Source: Octopus vulgaris | Taxonomy: Eukaryota | Length of the DNA: 64,000 nt | Reading direction: 5' to 3' | Assembly (NCBI GenBank): GCA_951406725.2 | Contig: OX597823.1 | Span: 98,766,001 to 98,830,000, forward strand | In this document: positions 53,998-64,000 of the stretch, piece by piece | Layout: each line of letters begins with the position of its first letter | Position numbering within the stretch: the stretch's first letter is position 1 | The notes under the pieces: model-generated | Told to the model about the DNA's origin: nothing | Database searches by the model: none | The model's input: only the letters and a program-made list of their open reading frames with translations | Made by a program: the position numbers and the translations under genes

Positions 53998-56348
53998 GTA
54001 TGATTTTAGATTTTCACATATATGTTTGTGTGAATATATATATATATATATAAATATATTTGAATAATGAGAGAGATGGAAGATGTGAGAATGTTTATTA
54101 ATCACAACAATTGTTTCAACCTATCTAGCATCGATCCCTCATGGGTAGGATATCTCTCGGTGTAGATGTGTCTCTTCAGGTGATTACAAGATGTATCTCA
54201 TTAAAATAACGACTGTTCTGCAAAATATTACACACGCACACAAAACAATAATTCACACACAAACCTACACACACACACTCAAAAACTTACACACAAACTC
54301 ACATGCACATACACACACACACAAACTCACATGCACATACACACACAAACTCTCTCACACACACAAACTCTCTCACACACAAACTCTCTCACACACACAA
54401 ACTCTCTCTCTCACACACACAAACTCTCTCTCTCACACACACAAACTCTCTCTCTCACACACACAAACTCTCTCTCTCACACACAAACAAACTCTCTCTC
54501 TCTCACACACAAACTCTCTCTCTCACACACACAAACTCTCTCTCTCACACACACAACTCTCTCTCACACACACAAACTCTCTCTCTCTCACACACAAACT
54601 CTCTCTCTCACACACACAAACTCTCTCTCACACACACAAACTCTCTCTCTCACACAAACAAACTCTCTCTCTCACACACACAAACTCACTCTCACACACA
54701 CAAACTCTCTCTCTCACACACACAAACTCTCTCTCTCACACACACAAACTCTCTCTCTCACACACAAACTCTCTCTCACACACACAAACTCTCTCTCTCA
54801 CACACACAAACTCTCTCTCTCACACACACAAACTCTCTCTCTCACAAACACAAACTCTCTCTCTCACACACACAAACTCTCTCTCTCTCACACACAAACT
54901 CTTTCTCATGCACACACATACAGAGTAAATAATATTTGCATTTGAAATTACTTTTTATTTTGATATTAATTAAACCTTGTCACTGTAATCACTTAAAATA
55001 TGCAAATGCAATTACATTCACTTTTGCTGTATTTCTTGACATTATTGCATACTGTGAAGTGTCAAAGTTTAGGCAAACATTTACAATTGGTTCATTGACA
55101 TATCCTCGTAGTCAGATCATAGATACACAGCACAACTTTTTGACATTCAGCCCTTTAGTATTTGAATAGAAAATACCCAGTCGAAACATTCTACCTGTTT
55201 TATGTTCAAAGATACAAAATTAATTCAAAACATGTGAAAGAACAAGCATTACTTTTGACAATGCCAAAGTGTCAACAGTGCTGTATTTTCCTGCCTACAA
55301 GTCAATAATATAAAGTGTACACATTCAAACATTATCTTTACCTTTCAAAATCCTGCTGCATTTCTCATGAAACTTTTGGTCCCCCTAGGTTGTCTTGGTG
55401 TATAAGTCAACCTACCTTTTTTTGGTTGTAAAGTTTGGTCTGAAAATTTGACTTTTATGCTAGAATATATGGCATACAAAAAGTGAATGTAATTGTACAT
55501 AAGTGTTTTAAAATGACTGCCACGTTATTTCTGTGTCATGGTCTTAATTATAAATTTGTTTGGAAACTCAAAAATATTTTCCTTATTTCCTGTGTGCAAA
55601 AATCATTACTAACATGTATACTATAACTATTGATAATCATTGATTTCTAACATTTGTAGAAGACCTCAAATCTCAGCAATGGGTATAGGTGATTAAATAT
55701 CAAAGCAGTATTTGACTAGTACTGCTACTTCTATTTTATTTTATAGACCCTGGAAGGATGAATGGTTAAGTTTATTCTAACATTATTTGATTTCAAAAAT
55801 ATGCAATGACTAACTAGATATTGTAAAGCATTTGGTCACATTCCTCTTTTTAGACAATTTCACCTCCCTAATCTCGTGACTGAGTACTTTTTAATAACTA
55901 GAGAACAATATAATATAATACACTAAAAGAAACCATGGGAGTACATGTCATATCAATCAATTTGAGTTCTGTACTATATATATATATATATAAAATAAAT
56001 ATAAGAGAGTGGTCACTATATTGCTCACTCTAGCACTAGTTAATCCAAAAGGTTTCAACCACGAAAATACATGCTTACCATGAAAGTCAGTACGATTGTT
56101 AGCTCACAATCGTGAGCTAACAATCGTACTGACTTTCATGGTAAGCATGTATTTTCGTGGTTGAAACCTTTTGGATTAACTAGTGCTAGAGTGAGCAATA
56201 TAGTGACCACTCTCTTATATTTATTTTGTAAAAATATTATAATATGTTATAAAATATTATAATAATCCAGGTTTCTCGAAGCACTAGGCCACTTGGTGTT
56301 GAATAAATATACTATTAAATTAGTATCTAATTCTCTCACCCTTATTAA

Positions 56349-56415
<67 letters not shown>

Positions 56416-56867
56416 CATGCTTCTGTTAATGTTATTAAACGAGGCACAGGGATAGCTATTTTGTAAGAAGTTTGCTTCTCAACCACATGGTTCTGGGTTC
56501 AGCCCCACAGCATGGCACCTTAGGCAAGTGTCTTCTATTATAGCACTGGGTCAACCAAAGTCTTGTGGGTGGATTTGATAAGTAGAAACTGAAAGAAGTC
56601 CATTGTGTATGTGTGTGTGTATATATATATATACACTGGCGAAAATAAATTTAAGACCAATGCTAAAAGTTCTATTTCTTACAAAATATTTTGTTACTAA
56701 CACCATATAAATTATTTTTGTGATATTTTTGATAATTTACTATATGTTTTGCTTTTGAGAGCTGAGTAAAATATGCAAACATAATTATTGCAAATAAACA
56801 AGTTAATTTAATTTGTTAGAAACTTGACAAATGCTAACCAAAAAACATCCTTTACTTCCTACAAGTA

Positions 56868-56898
<31 letters not shown>

Positions 56899-59800
56899 GT
56901 TTAATGTCTGTTTTCCATGCTAGCATAGGTTGGACGGTTCAACCGGGGTCTGAGAAGCCAGGAGGTTGCACCAGGCTCTAGTCTGATCTGGCAGTGTTTC
57001 TACAGTTGGATGCCCTTCCTAATGCCAACCACTCCGTGAGTGGAGTAGGTGCTTTTTACATGTCACCGGCACAGGTGCCAGGCGAGGCTGGCAATGGCCA
57101 CAACCGGTTGGTGCTTTTTACATGCCACCGGCACGGAGGCCAGTCAAGGCAGCACTGGCAACACCCATGTTCGGATGGTGCTTTTTACATGCCACCGGCA
57201 CTGGTATCACAGCTACAATTTCCATTGATTTTTTTGATTGATTTCGATTTCACTTGCCTCAACAGGTCTTCACAAGCAGAGTTTTGTGTCCAAAGAAGGA
57301 AAGGTATGCATAAATGGACTGGCTACATCCCAGGTAAAAGCCACGGGTTATGGTCTCACGCACAGCATACTTCCAAAGGTCTCGGTCACTAGTCATTGCC
57401 TTGGTGAGACCTAATGTTTGAAGGTCGTGCTTCACCACTTCGTCCCAGGTTTTCCTGGATCTACCTCTTCCACAGGTTCCCTCAACTGCTAGGGTGTGGC
57501 ACTTTTTCACACAGCTATCTTCATCCATTCTTGCCACGTGACCATACCAGTGCAATCGTCTCTCTTGCACACCATAAGCTATAAATTGAAAAGTAGAGGA
57601 GTGCCTTCACCCTGTGTACCCCACCCACCTTTCATCGCTATACACACATTTTTGAAGGCACAAAACCACTGGACAAGTTATTGGCAGGTGAATTGACATC
57701 ACCATTCATAGTTCAACTATTTTCAGAGATGTGCAAATGTAAATAAACACTCACACAAACTCACACACACACACACACGGTGTACGTGTGTGCATCTGTG
57801 TGTGTATGTGTTATGAATTTCTTTCAGTTTCCATCAACCCAAATCTACTTACAACACTTTGGTTGGTCAAGGACTATAAGAGAAGGCCCCAAGTTGCTAT
57901 GCAGTAGGATTGAACTTGAAACCTTGTGGTTGGGAAGAAAACTTATCAAATGCACAGCTATGCATTGGAGAACTGTAGTGGATTATAAACTTGAATATCA
58001 ATGATATACTGACCAGGTACAAAATCTATTTCTGTAAAGAGAAATGAAATATGGCTGTAGAACTTGAATCCAGCATATTACTGATTTTGACCCTGGAGAG
58101 ATGATTTTGGAACCACAAGACAACAAAATTAGATTCACGACTCTCTGACATTCTACTTCAATATCTTGTAATTTTTATCAAATGTTAAAACACCCTTATC
58201 TACATCATTACAACCGCACTGTCTTAATGTATTTGGCTGAAAATAATTTCTACTGCTTACATTTTAAACAGTCAAATTAAAAACTATATTTCAATATAGT
58301 TGTTAAATGGAAAAAAAAAATTATTTAATGATATTTTGTGTTGAAATTCATAAATGCTTTGATTCAATTGAAAAATTTTTTTACTTTGTGTTCGCAAAAT
58401 AAACTAAGACTTCTTTTCTATTCAGAATATATTTTTTCCCTTAAAATAAGTTTCATTTGCTTCTCATCATCATTGTTCGACCGTGGTCGAGACAATGGAA
58501 TTTACTATGTGACACCAGACCTCACAGTCCATCATAGCATTACGGAGGTCCTGTTGCTGGATGCCTGTATCCCTAGAGATTACCTCAAGGTAGGAGAGTG
58601 TGGCACCCTCTGGTATCACGAGCAGATGGCTTCCAAAGGAGAAGAGTAGAAATTACCTCGTTTTCAGCTCTACAACAATGTCCAGCAAACTGGACTCTTT
58701 TACCTTTCACAAGAGATGATACAGGTGGTAATTTCCCATACATTTGTACTTTGGTTGGATGAGAGATTTTGAGCTCTCATAAGGAGGTGAGTGTAAGTTC
58801 CATCCAACCGCCTCTCAAGCTTCTTTGATAACGTCCAGGTTTCTGAGCCATATAGTAGAATTGGTTCGACTGTGACTGAAGATTTTAAGTTTGAAATCTC
58901 TACTTAGATTTGATGACCAGATCTTATGCATATCATTTGCTTCTTGAGACAGTTGGTCAAACATATGGATTAAGTACCATAAATTTTTCATCATCATCAA
59001 TTGTATTTATTACAATATTCCTATATTGCTTATCATCATTGTCACCATCTTGGCTATCTTTTGTTTTGGTCTGAACCCTTATTGTCAATCAGGGTCGGAA
59101 AACAGTCTGGCATAAGAAACTGCATTCTTTAAATCCCTAATATGTAGGAGTAGCAAATATCAATGCCAAGAGGAAACTTTAGAATCCCAACCTGCTATCA
59201 TAAGGATGATCACATAAGAGTTTGTAGCCCAAATTAATGAGACATTTAGAGGGAAGAACAGTTACAATATTTAATCAGGACATAAAAACAGAACACACGA
59301 TTAGGACACAGAGTTAAGACAGACATAAAGTCATGACATATAGTCAGATCATAAATTTATGATTAGAGTTAGGAGATATATTTAGGACACTTAGTTAGGA
59401 TCTATAGTAAGGTAATCTATCTTGGACATAAAATCAGAACATATTTCTTGAATGTATAGTTAGAACATATAGTCAGGATACATAGTCTGGTTTACACACT
59501 TTTTTTTTCTCTCCTTGTTTTTTCTGTGTCCCTTTCTGTAGAAGAGCATAGGCTCGAAACGTAGAAGACTTTCTATTCCTGAGCATTATACTAATACATC
59601 TGTTATACATTGTTTTGTACACCACCTGTCTTCGTCTTTTGTTTTTTTCGTAAACTCTCCCTATATAATCATGATATCTGTAAAGAAATGTAGTTAAATA
59701 GTCAGGACATATAGTTGGGTTATATAGTTAAGGGAGGACATCTAGTTAAGATGGATAATCAGAACATATAGTCTAAACAGGTATATAGTCAGGGCATATA

Positions 59801-60310
59801 ATCAGAGTATGTAGTCAGGTCATAGGGTCAGGACATATGTTCAGAACAACAAGTCAGGACAAATAACAGAGGTGTATACACAAGACATAGTCAGGACATG
59901 AATTTAGGACATATATTGAAGTTATATAGTCAGGTTAAATAGCTAGAACATACAGTCAGGTTATATAATGAGGGTACACAGTTTATATGGTTAGCACATA
60001 CTCAGAGTGTTTTGTCAACCAATAACCATATTCCTATTTCCATATTTGAAATGAAATTAAATGAAATGTATACCTTTGTATGGACCAAAATCTGATAATT
60101 ATATTTATTATATTTACAGTTGTGTCAGTAACCACACTCATGGAAACATTACATACAACAGCACCAAAGATGAATGTCACCTTTATCCAAATAATGAGAC
60201 AGGATTTAATACTACGGACAGAACTGAGGGAAGCATTACCTGTAAATCTTGGGTCTATGACAAATCAGATTTTACGGCTACAGCTGCAACAGACGTAACT
60301 ATACTTTCTG

Positions 60311-60343
<33 letters not shown>

Positions 60344-62305
60344 TTAACGTCCGCTTTCCATACTAGCATGGGTTGGACAATTTTAACTGAGGGCTGGCGA
60401 ATCAGATGGCCGCACCAGGCTCCAATCTTGATTTGGCAGAGTTTCTATAGCTGGATGCCCTTCCTAACGCCAACCACTCCAAGAGTGTAGTGGATGCTTT
60501 TTAATGTGCCACCAGCACGGGGGCCAGTCAGGCGGTACTGGCAACGACCTCACTCAAATCTTTTTACACATGCCACCGGCACAGGTGCCAGTAAGGCGAC
60601 GTTGGTAACGATCATGTTCGAATGGTGCCCTTTTACGTGCCACCAGCACAGAGCCAGTTGGCTGCTATGGCAACAATCACGCTCAGATGGTGCTCTTGGC
60701 ACCCTACTGCACGGGCACAAGTACCAGTAAGGCGACGCCGGTAACGATCACACTCGAATGGTGTTTTGTATTTTAGTTAACAGGGATGATAGCAGCTATG
60801 GAATAAACATCCTAGCATTTATACAATACATAGCATTTATAACCCCTTCTACTGTAGGCACAAGACCTGAAGTTTTAGGTGAAGGGGATAATTAATTACA
60901 TTGACCCTAGTGGTAAACTGATACTTATTTCATCAACTCTGAAAGGGTGAAAGGCAAAGTCAACCTCAGCCGTGTTTGACCTCAGAATGTAAAGACGGAA
61001 AAAATGCCGCAAAGCATTGTGTCCGGTACACTAATGATTTTACCTGCTCACCACTTTCATAACATCTATATTGAGAGGAACAAAGGTAGATGAAATAAAT
61101 GAGTAGAAGTAGGAGATAGTCTGCAAGTTGAGAACAGCAGATAATTTTATGTGTTTAAACTATCAACAAATAATTTATGGAAATAATGATAAAACACTAT
61201 ATTTATTAAATGTTTTTCAATGACACTTATTGTTATTTTCTTTTACAGATGAACTTCGTATGTGGAAATGCTGACCTGATTCCTCTCATAAATATGGTTT
61301 TAATGGGTGGAATTTTGGCTGCATCTTTATTTTTGGGATTTCTTTCTGACTGGTATGTTTTAAGAAATTAATTTATTGTTCCATGTGTGGTAATCTTTAT
61401 TGGGAAATGGAAATACTGTGGATGAATGAATGAATGAATGGATGGACTGATGGATGGATGGACAGACAGATGGATGGACAGATGGACAGATTGATGGACA
61501 GGATCCGCATGGGTGGATGGATGGATGATTTTTTTTTTCATGTGATGGTGCAGATTCAGTTATTTGATCAACTGAACTACTGGCTCATTGAATTTGAATG
61601 TATTTGGCTTTTTATTCAACAGACAACATGTACCCATAATGCAATTCTCAAACAGAACCAGCACGACACAGTGTTAGTGACAAGGCTAAATAATCTGAAT
61701 TGCAGGTACAATCCATGAGACAAGCTTCTATATACCTAATTTCACTCACAAATTATGGGTTGATTTGAGGCTACAGAAAATAACATTTGCCACTGTGCTT
61801 TGGAATCAAGCCCTGGATCTCATGGCTGCCAAGTAAACTTCTTAACCATTTAACAATACCTATTTTTTTACTATCCACAAGGGGCTAAACACAGAGAGGA
61901 CAAGCAAGGACAGACAAATGGATTAAGTCGATTGCATCGACCCCAGTGCGTAACTGGTACTTAATTTATCGACCCGAAAGGATGAAAAGCAAAGTCGACC
62001 TCAGAACGTAACGACAGACGAAATACCGTGAAGCATTTTGCCTGGCATGCTAACGTTTCTGCCAGCTCACTGCCTTAGTCTATACCATGTGATAAAAATC
62101 TTGTATGAAATGTTTGATTAATATTCCACTTTATTTTCCATTTATTCTAGGAAAGGTCGCAAACCAGCTGAGATCATAGTTTTGGTTATTCAGGTTCTAT
62201 GTACACTGCCACTCTACTTTATCCAAACCAGTGACCTCCTTATTTTCCTGAGATTCTTTGGAGGAGTATGTGTATTAGGTGCTTTTGTAGCAGTATACAT
62301 AATTT
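53855..62305 (+). CDS. SLC22: SLC22-family transporter, gene B (divergent paralog of gene A); exons 1-4, partial, continues past the window
   Basis: Exons 53855-53997 (143), 60120-60294 (175), 61249-61352 (104), 62151-62305 (155): same sizes and phases as gene A, GT-AG, open frame. Confidence 0.9.
54099..54186 (-). ncRNA. Hammerhead ribozyme with extended stem II
   Basis: Minus strand TAATCAC-CTGAAGA-GAC..ATCTA..CGA....TCG..TAGAT..GTT-GAAA-CAATTG-TT-GTGATTA. Confidence 0.7.
54285..54920. repeat. Minisatellite of about 18-22 nt units (CACACACAAACTCTCTCTCT)
   Basis: Seen directly. Confidence 0.92.
55992..56227. repeat. Perfect 116-bp-arm palindrome with a 4-nt loop
   Basis: 55992-56107 is the reverse complement of 56112-56227; inside a (TA)n-flanked insert at about 55991-56354. 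Confidence 0.95.
56868..57575 (-). mobile_element. RTE LINE 3' fragment
   Basis: QERRLHWYGHVARM...RGRSRKTW; (CAT)n tail. Confidence 0.88.
58465..58960 (-). mobile_element. RT C-terminal remnant of a different RTE-like family
   Basis: MHKIWSSNLSRDFKLKIF, VEPILLYGSETWTL, RVQFAGHC on the minus strand. Confidence 0.7.
59270..59990. repeat. Degenerate ~13-14 bp tandem repeat (ggacatatagtca-like)
   Basis: Recurrent ggacata/tagtcag units; a shorter similar tract lies in gene A at about 39340-39460. Confidence 0.6.
59502..59667 (+). mobile_element. Short Penelope-like terminal fragment with a hammerhead-like motif at 59532-59567
   Basis: CTTT-CTGTAGA-a-GAGC atag GCTC-GAAA-CG-TA-GAAG. Confidence 0.6.
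60120..60294 (+). CDS. SLC22 gene B exon 2
   Basis: 174/175 nt identical to gene A exon 2. Confidence 0.9.
60314..60763 (-). mobile_element. RTE 3' fragment inserted 19 nt downstream of gene B exon 2
   Basis: (CAT)n tail; absent at the homologous site in gene A, where the flanks are nearly contiguous. Confidence 0.88.
61249..61352 (+). CDS. SLC22 gene B exon 3
   Basis: MNFVCGNADLIPLINMVLMGGILAASLFLGFLSDW; GT-AG. Confidence 0.9.
61855..62075 (-). mobile_element. SINE family 1
   Basis: Match to the other copies. Confidence 0.82.
62151..62305 (+). CDS. SLC22 gene B exon 4
   Basis: KGRKPAEII...RFFGGVCVLGAFVAVYII; TAG acceptor, GTGAGT donor. Confidence 0.9.
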
Positions 62306-62930
62306 GTGAGTAAAACAATCACATTTTATTCAAAATTGTTTGTGCTGTTGTCATAAATAAGATTAGATTATCAAATATTAGAACTTTGTCTAATTAATTA
62401 CCATTTCACATTTGGTTTTTATACCTTATTTTAAAATTTAAAAAGCTTTAGTGTTTCTGTGTGTATATAAATATATATAAATTTTTTTTTTCAAAGGTCA
62501 CAATACATGTATTAAGGGGCTACTAATAGTTTCATATGCTGAGAATTACTCAAACATATTCTTCAGGCACAAATCACACATAACAAATTAAAGAAATTGA
62601 ATAAATGGAAGAAACACAATGAAGCTGAGAAGGCAGCATATATTTATTCAATTTCTTTAGTTTGTTATGATATGTGGTTTGTGCCTGAAGAATATGTTTG
62701 AGATATTTCTCAACATATGAAACTATTAGTGGCACTAAAAGACATGTATTGTGTCCTTTAAATAAATAATATTTATCTCTCACCAGATAGAGTAAACTTT
62801 TGTTGAATTTTCTATCATGGATTAGTACAATATATATATATATATATATATATTTAAAATATAAATTAGAGATAAAACCACTATTATGCAGCTCAAACAG
62901 TGATAGACATAAATCAATACATAAATAACC

Positions 62931-62961
<31 letters not shown>

Positions 62962-63208
62962 GAATTTTTTAAAAATTTTATTTATTAATAATAGTTTTAA
63001 TTTTTATTATTTTTATTTTATATATATATATATATATGCACACATGACATATCCTCTTGACATCCCCTTCCTCTATTTGTGTCCACTCACTACATTCCCC
63101 CATCCACCTCCCACTCCCCTGTCACAATCTTGCAAATTTACCCACCCGTTCACCCTATCCAGTCCTTGGCTCCACTTCATTTACATATACCTCCTTGTAA
63201 CTTGAGCA

Positions 63209-64000
63209 TACAGGGTCTTGCAGATAAATTGAGACCAGTTTTAAGCAGTTGACTAAGACAGGGTTTAACATTTCAGTTTTTGACAAAAAAACCTTGCTTG
63301 CTTGAAAGTCTAATTTTTCAGGCAAATAGCAAACTGGCTCAACCACAGAAAGTCATAGAAAAAAACAGAATCATTCTACCATTGTTGTTTTGGTGCACAC
63401 TGGGCACATTACCAATAAAATTGTTAAGTTGATGAAACTTCCAAAAAGCAGGAGTGGGATAGATTGATAGAAAGGAACAAAAGTGATGTCAAGTGCAATC
63501 CAAAGTCTCTTGCTGACCTCAAATGCTCAACTGAAGCCAACCCATCCATGACAACTCTTGCAAAGAAATGCAATGTGTCCCTTTCCACAGTGTCCAGAGC
63601 TGTGAACAGGAACCTTGGCATGACTAGCTATGTTCGATGATGTTGTCATCTCTTAACAGCCAACACCAAAGTAATCAGTTCAAAGTTTTCGTCATTCCTC
63701 AAGCATCGAAGTGCAGGAAAAACTCTCATGTGGATGCTGAGGTGAATTGCAGAAATTCTCGAATGATTACATACAACCCTTCTGATGCCCCCTGTGTTTG
63801 AGACTAAGAATCTTGCCTCTGTAACAGTGTTTTGAGCCATGGCAAGTGATGAAAGTGTCATGGATCCACACTTCCTTGAGTCAAGCTTGAAGGTTGGCAC
63901 AAAGTTGTATCTGGACATCCTGAAGAACTCTCTGTTATGTTGGGTGGAGCAGAATTTTGGGCTTGACAATGTGGTGCTTATCCAGGATTCTGCACCATGC
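63209..64000 (+). mobile_element. Tc1/mariner-superfamily (maT/DD37D-like) transposase remnant, runs off the window
   Basis: MTTLAKKCNVSLSTVSRAV (HTH); TKNLASVTV..ASDESVMDPHF..LKVGTKLYLDILK..W....VLIQDSAP. Confidence 0.7.

Noticed and set aside
60238-60238. The only exon-2 difference is A/G (Thr/Ala), resembling a genomically fixed A-to-I recoding event
   Set aside because: A single transition is expected by chance; no RNA evidence.

Overview
AT-rich, microsatellite-laden eukaryotic genomic DNA. The repeat landscape (tRNA-derived SINEs, an RTE LINE with (GAT)n tails, Penelope-like elements in (TA)n) resembles an octopus genome; that assignment is an inference. The host genes are a head-to-head pair of SLC22 (organic cation/anion transporter, Orct-like MFS) paralogs. 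Gene A (minus strand) can be assembled by hand as 10 coding exons from 45326 down to 16025, about 532 aa, with GT-AG junctions and consistent phases. Gene B (plus strand) has exons 1-4 at 53855-62305 with the same exon sizes and runs off the window. Most striking: exon 2, encoding the extracellular loop, lies in a 286-bp tract that is about 99% identical between the paralogs, while exons 1 and 3 are only about 78-79% identical and exon 4 differs at 21 of 51 aa. One end of that tract coincides with a retroelement insertion, suggesting exon-limited gene conversion. The rest is transposon-derived: a young 5'-truncated Penelope-like element with a perfect 343-bp inverted pLTR, at least five hammerhead-ribozyme-like motifs (one with an unusually long stem II), several fold-back palindromes, and RTE, R4/Dong, L1/Tx1-like, Gypsy, mariner, Tc1/maT, hAT, MITE and SINE remnants. 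All counts are manual.
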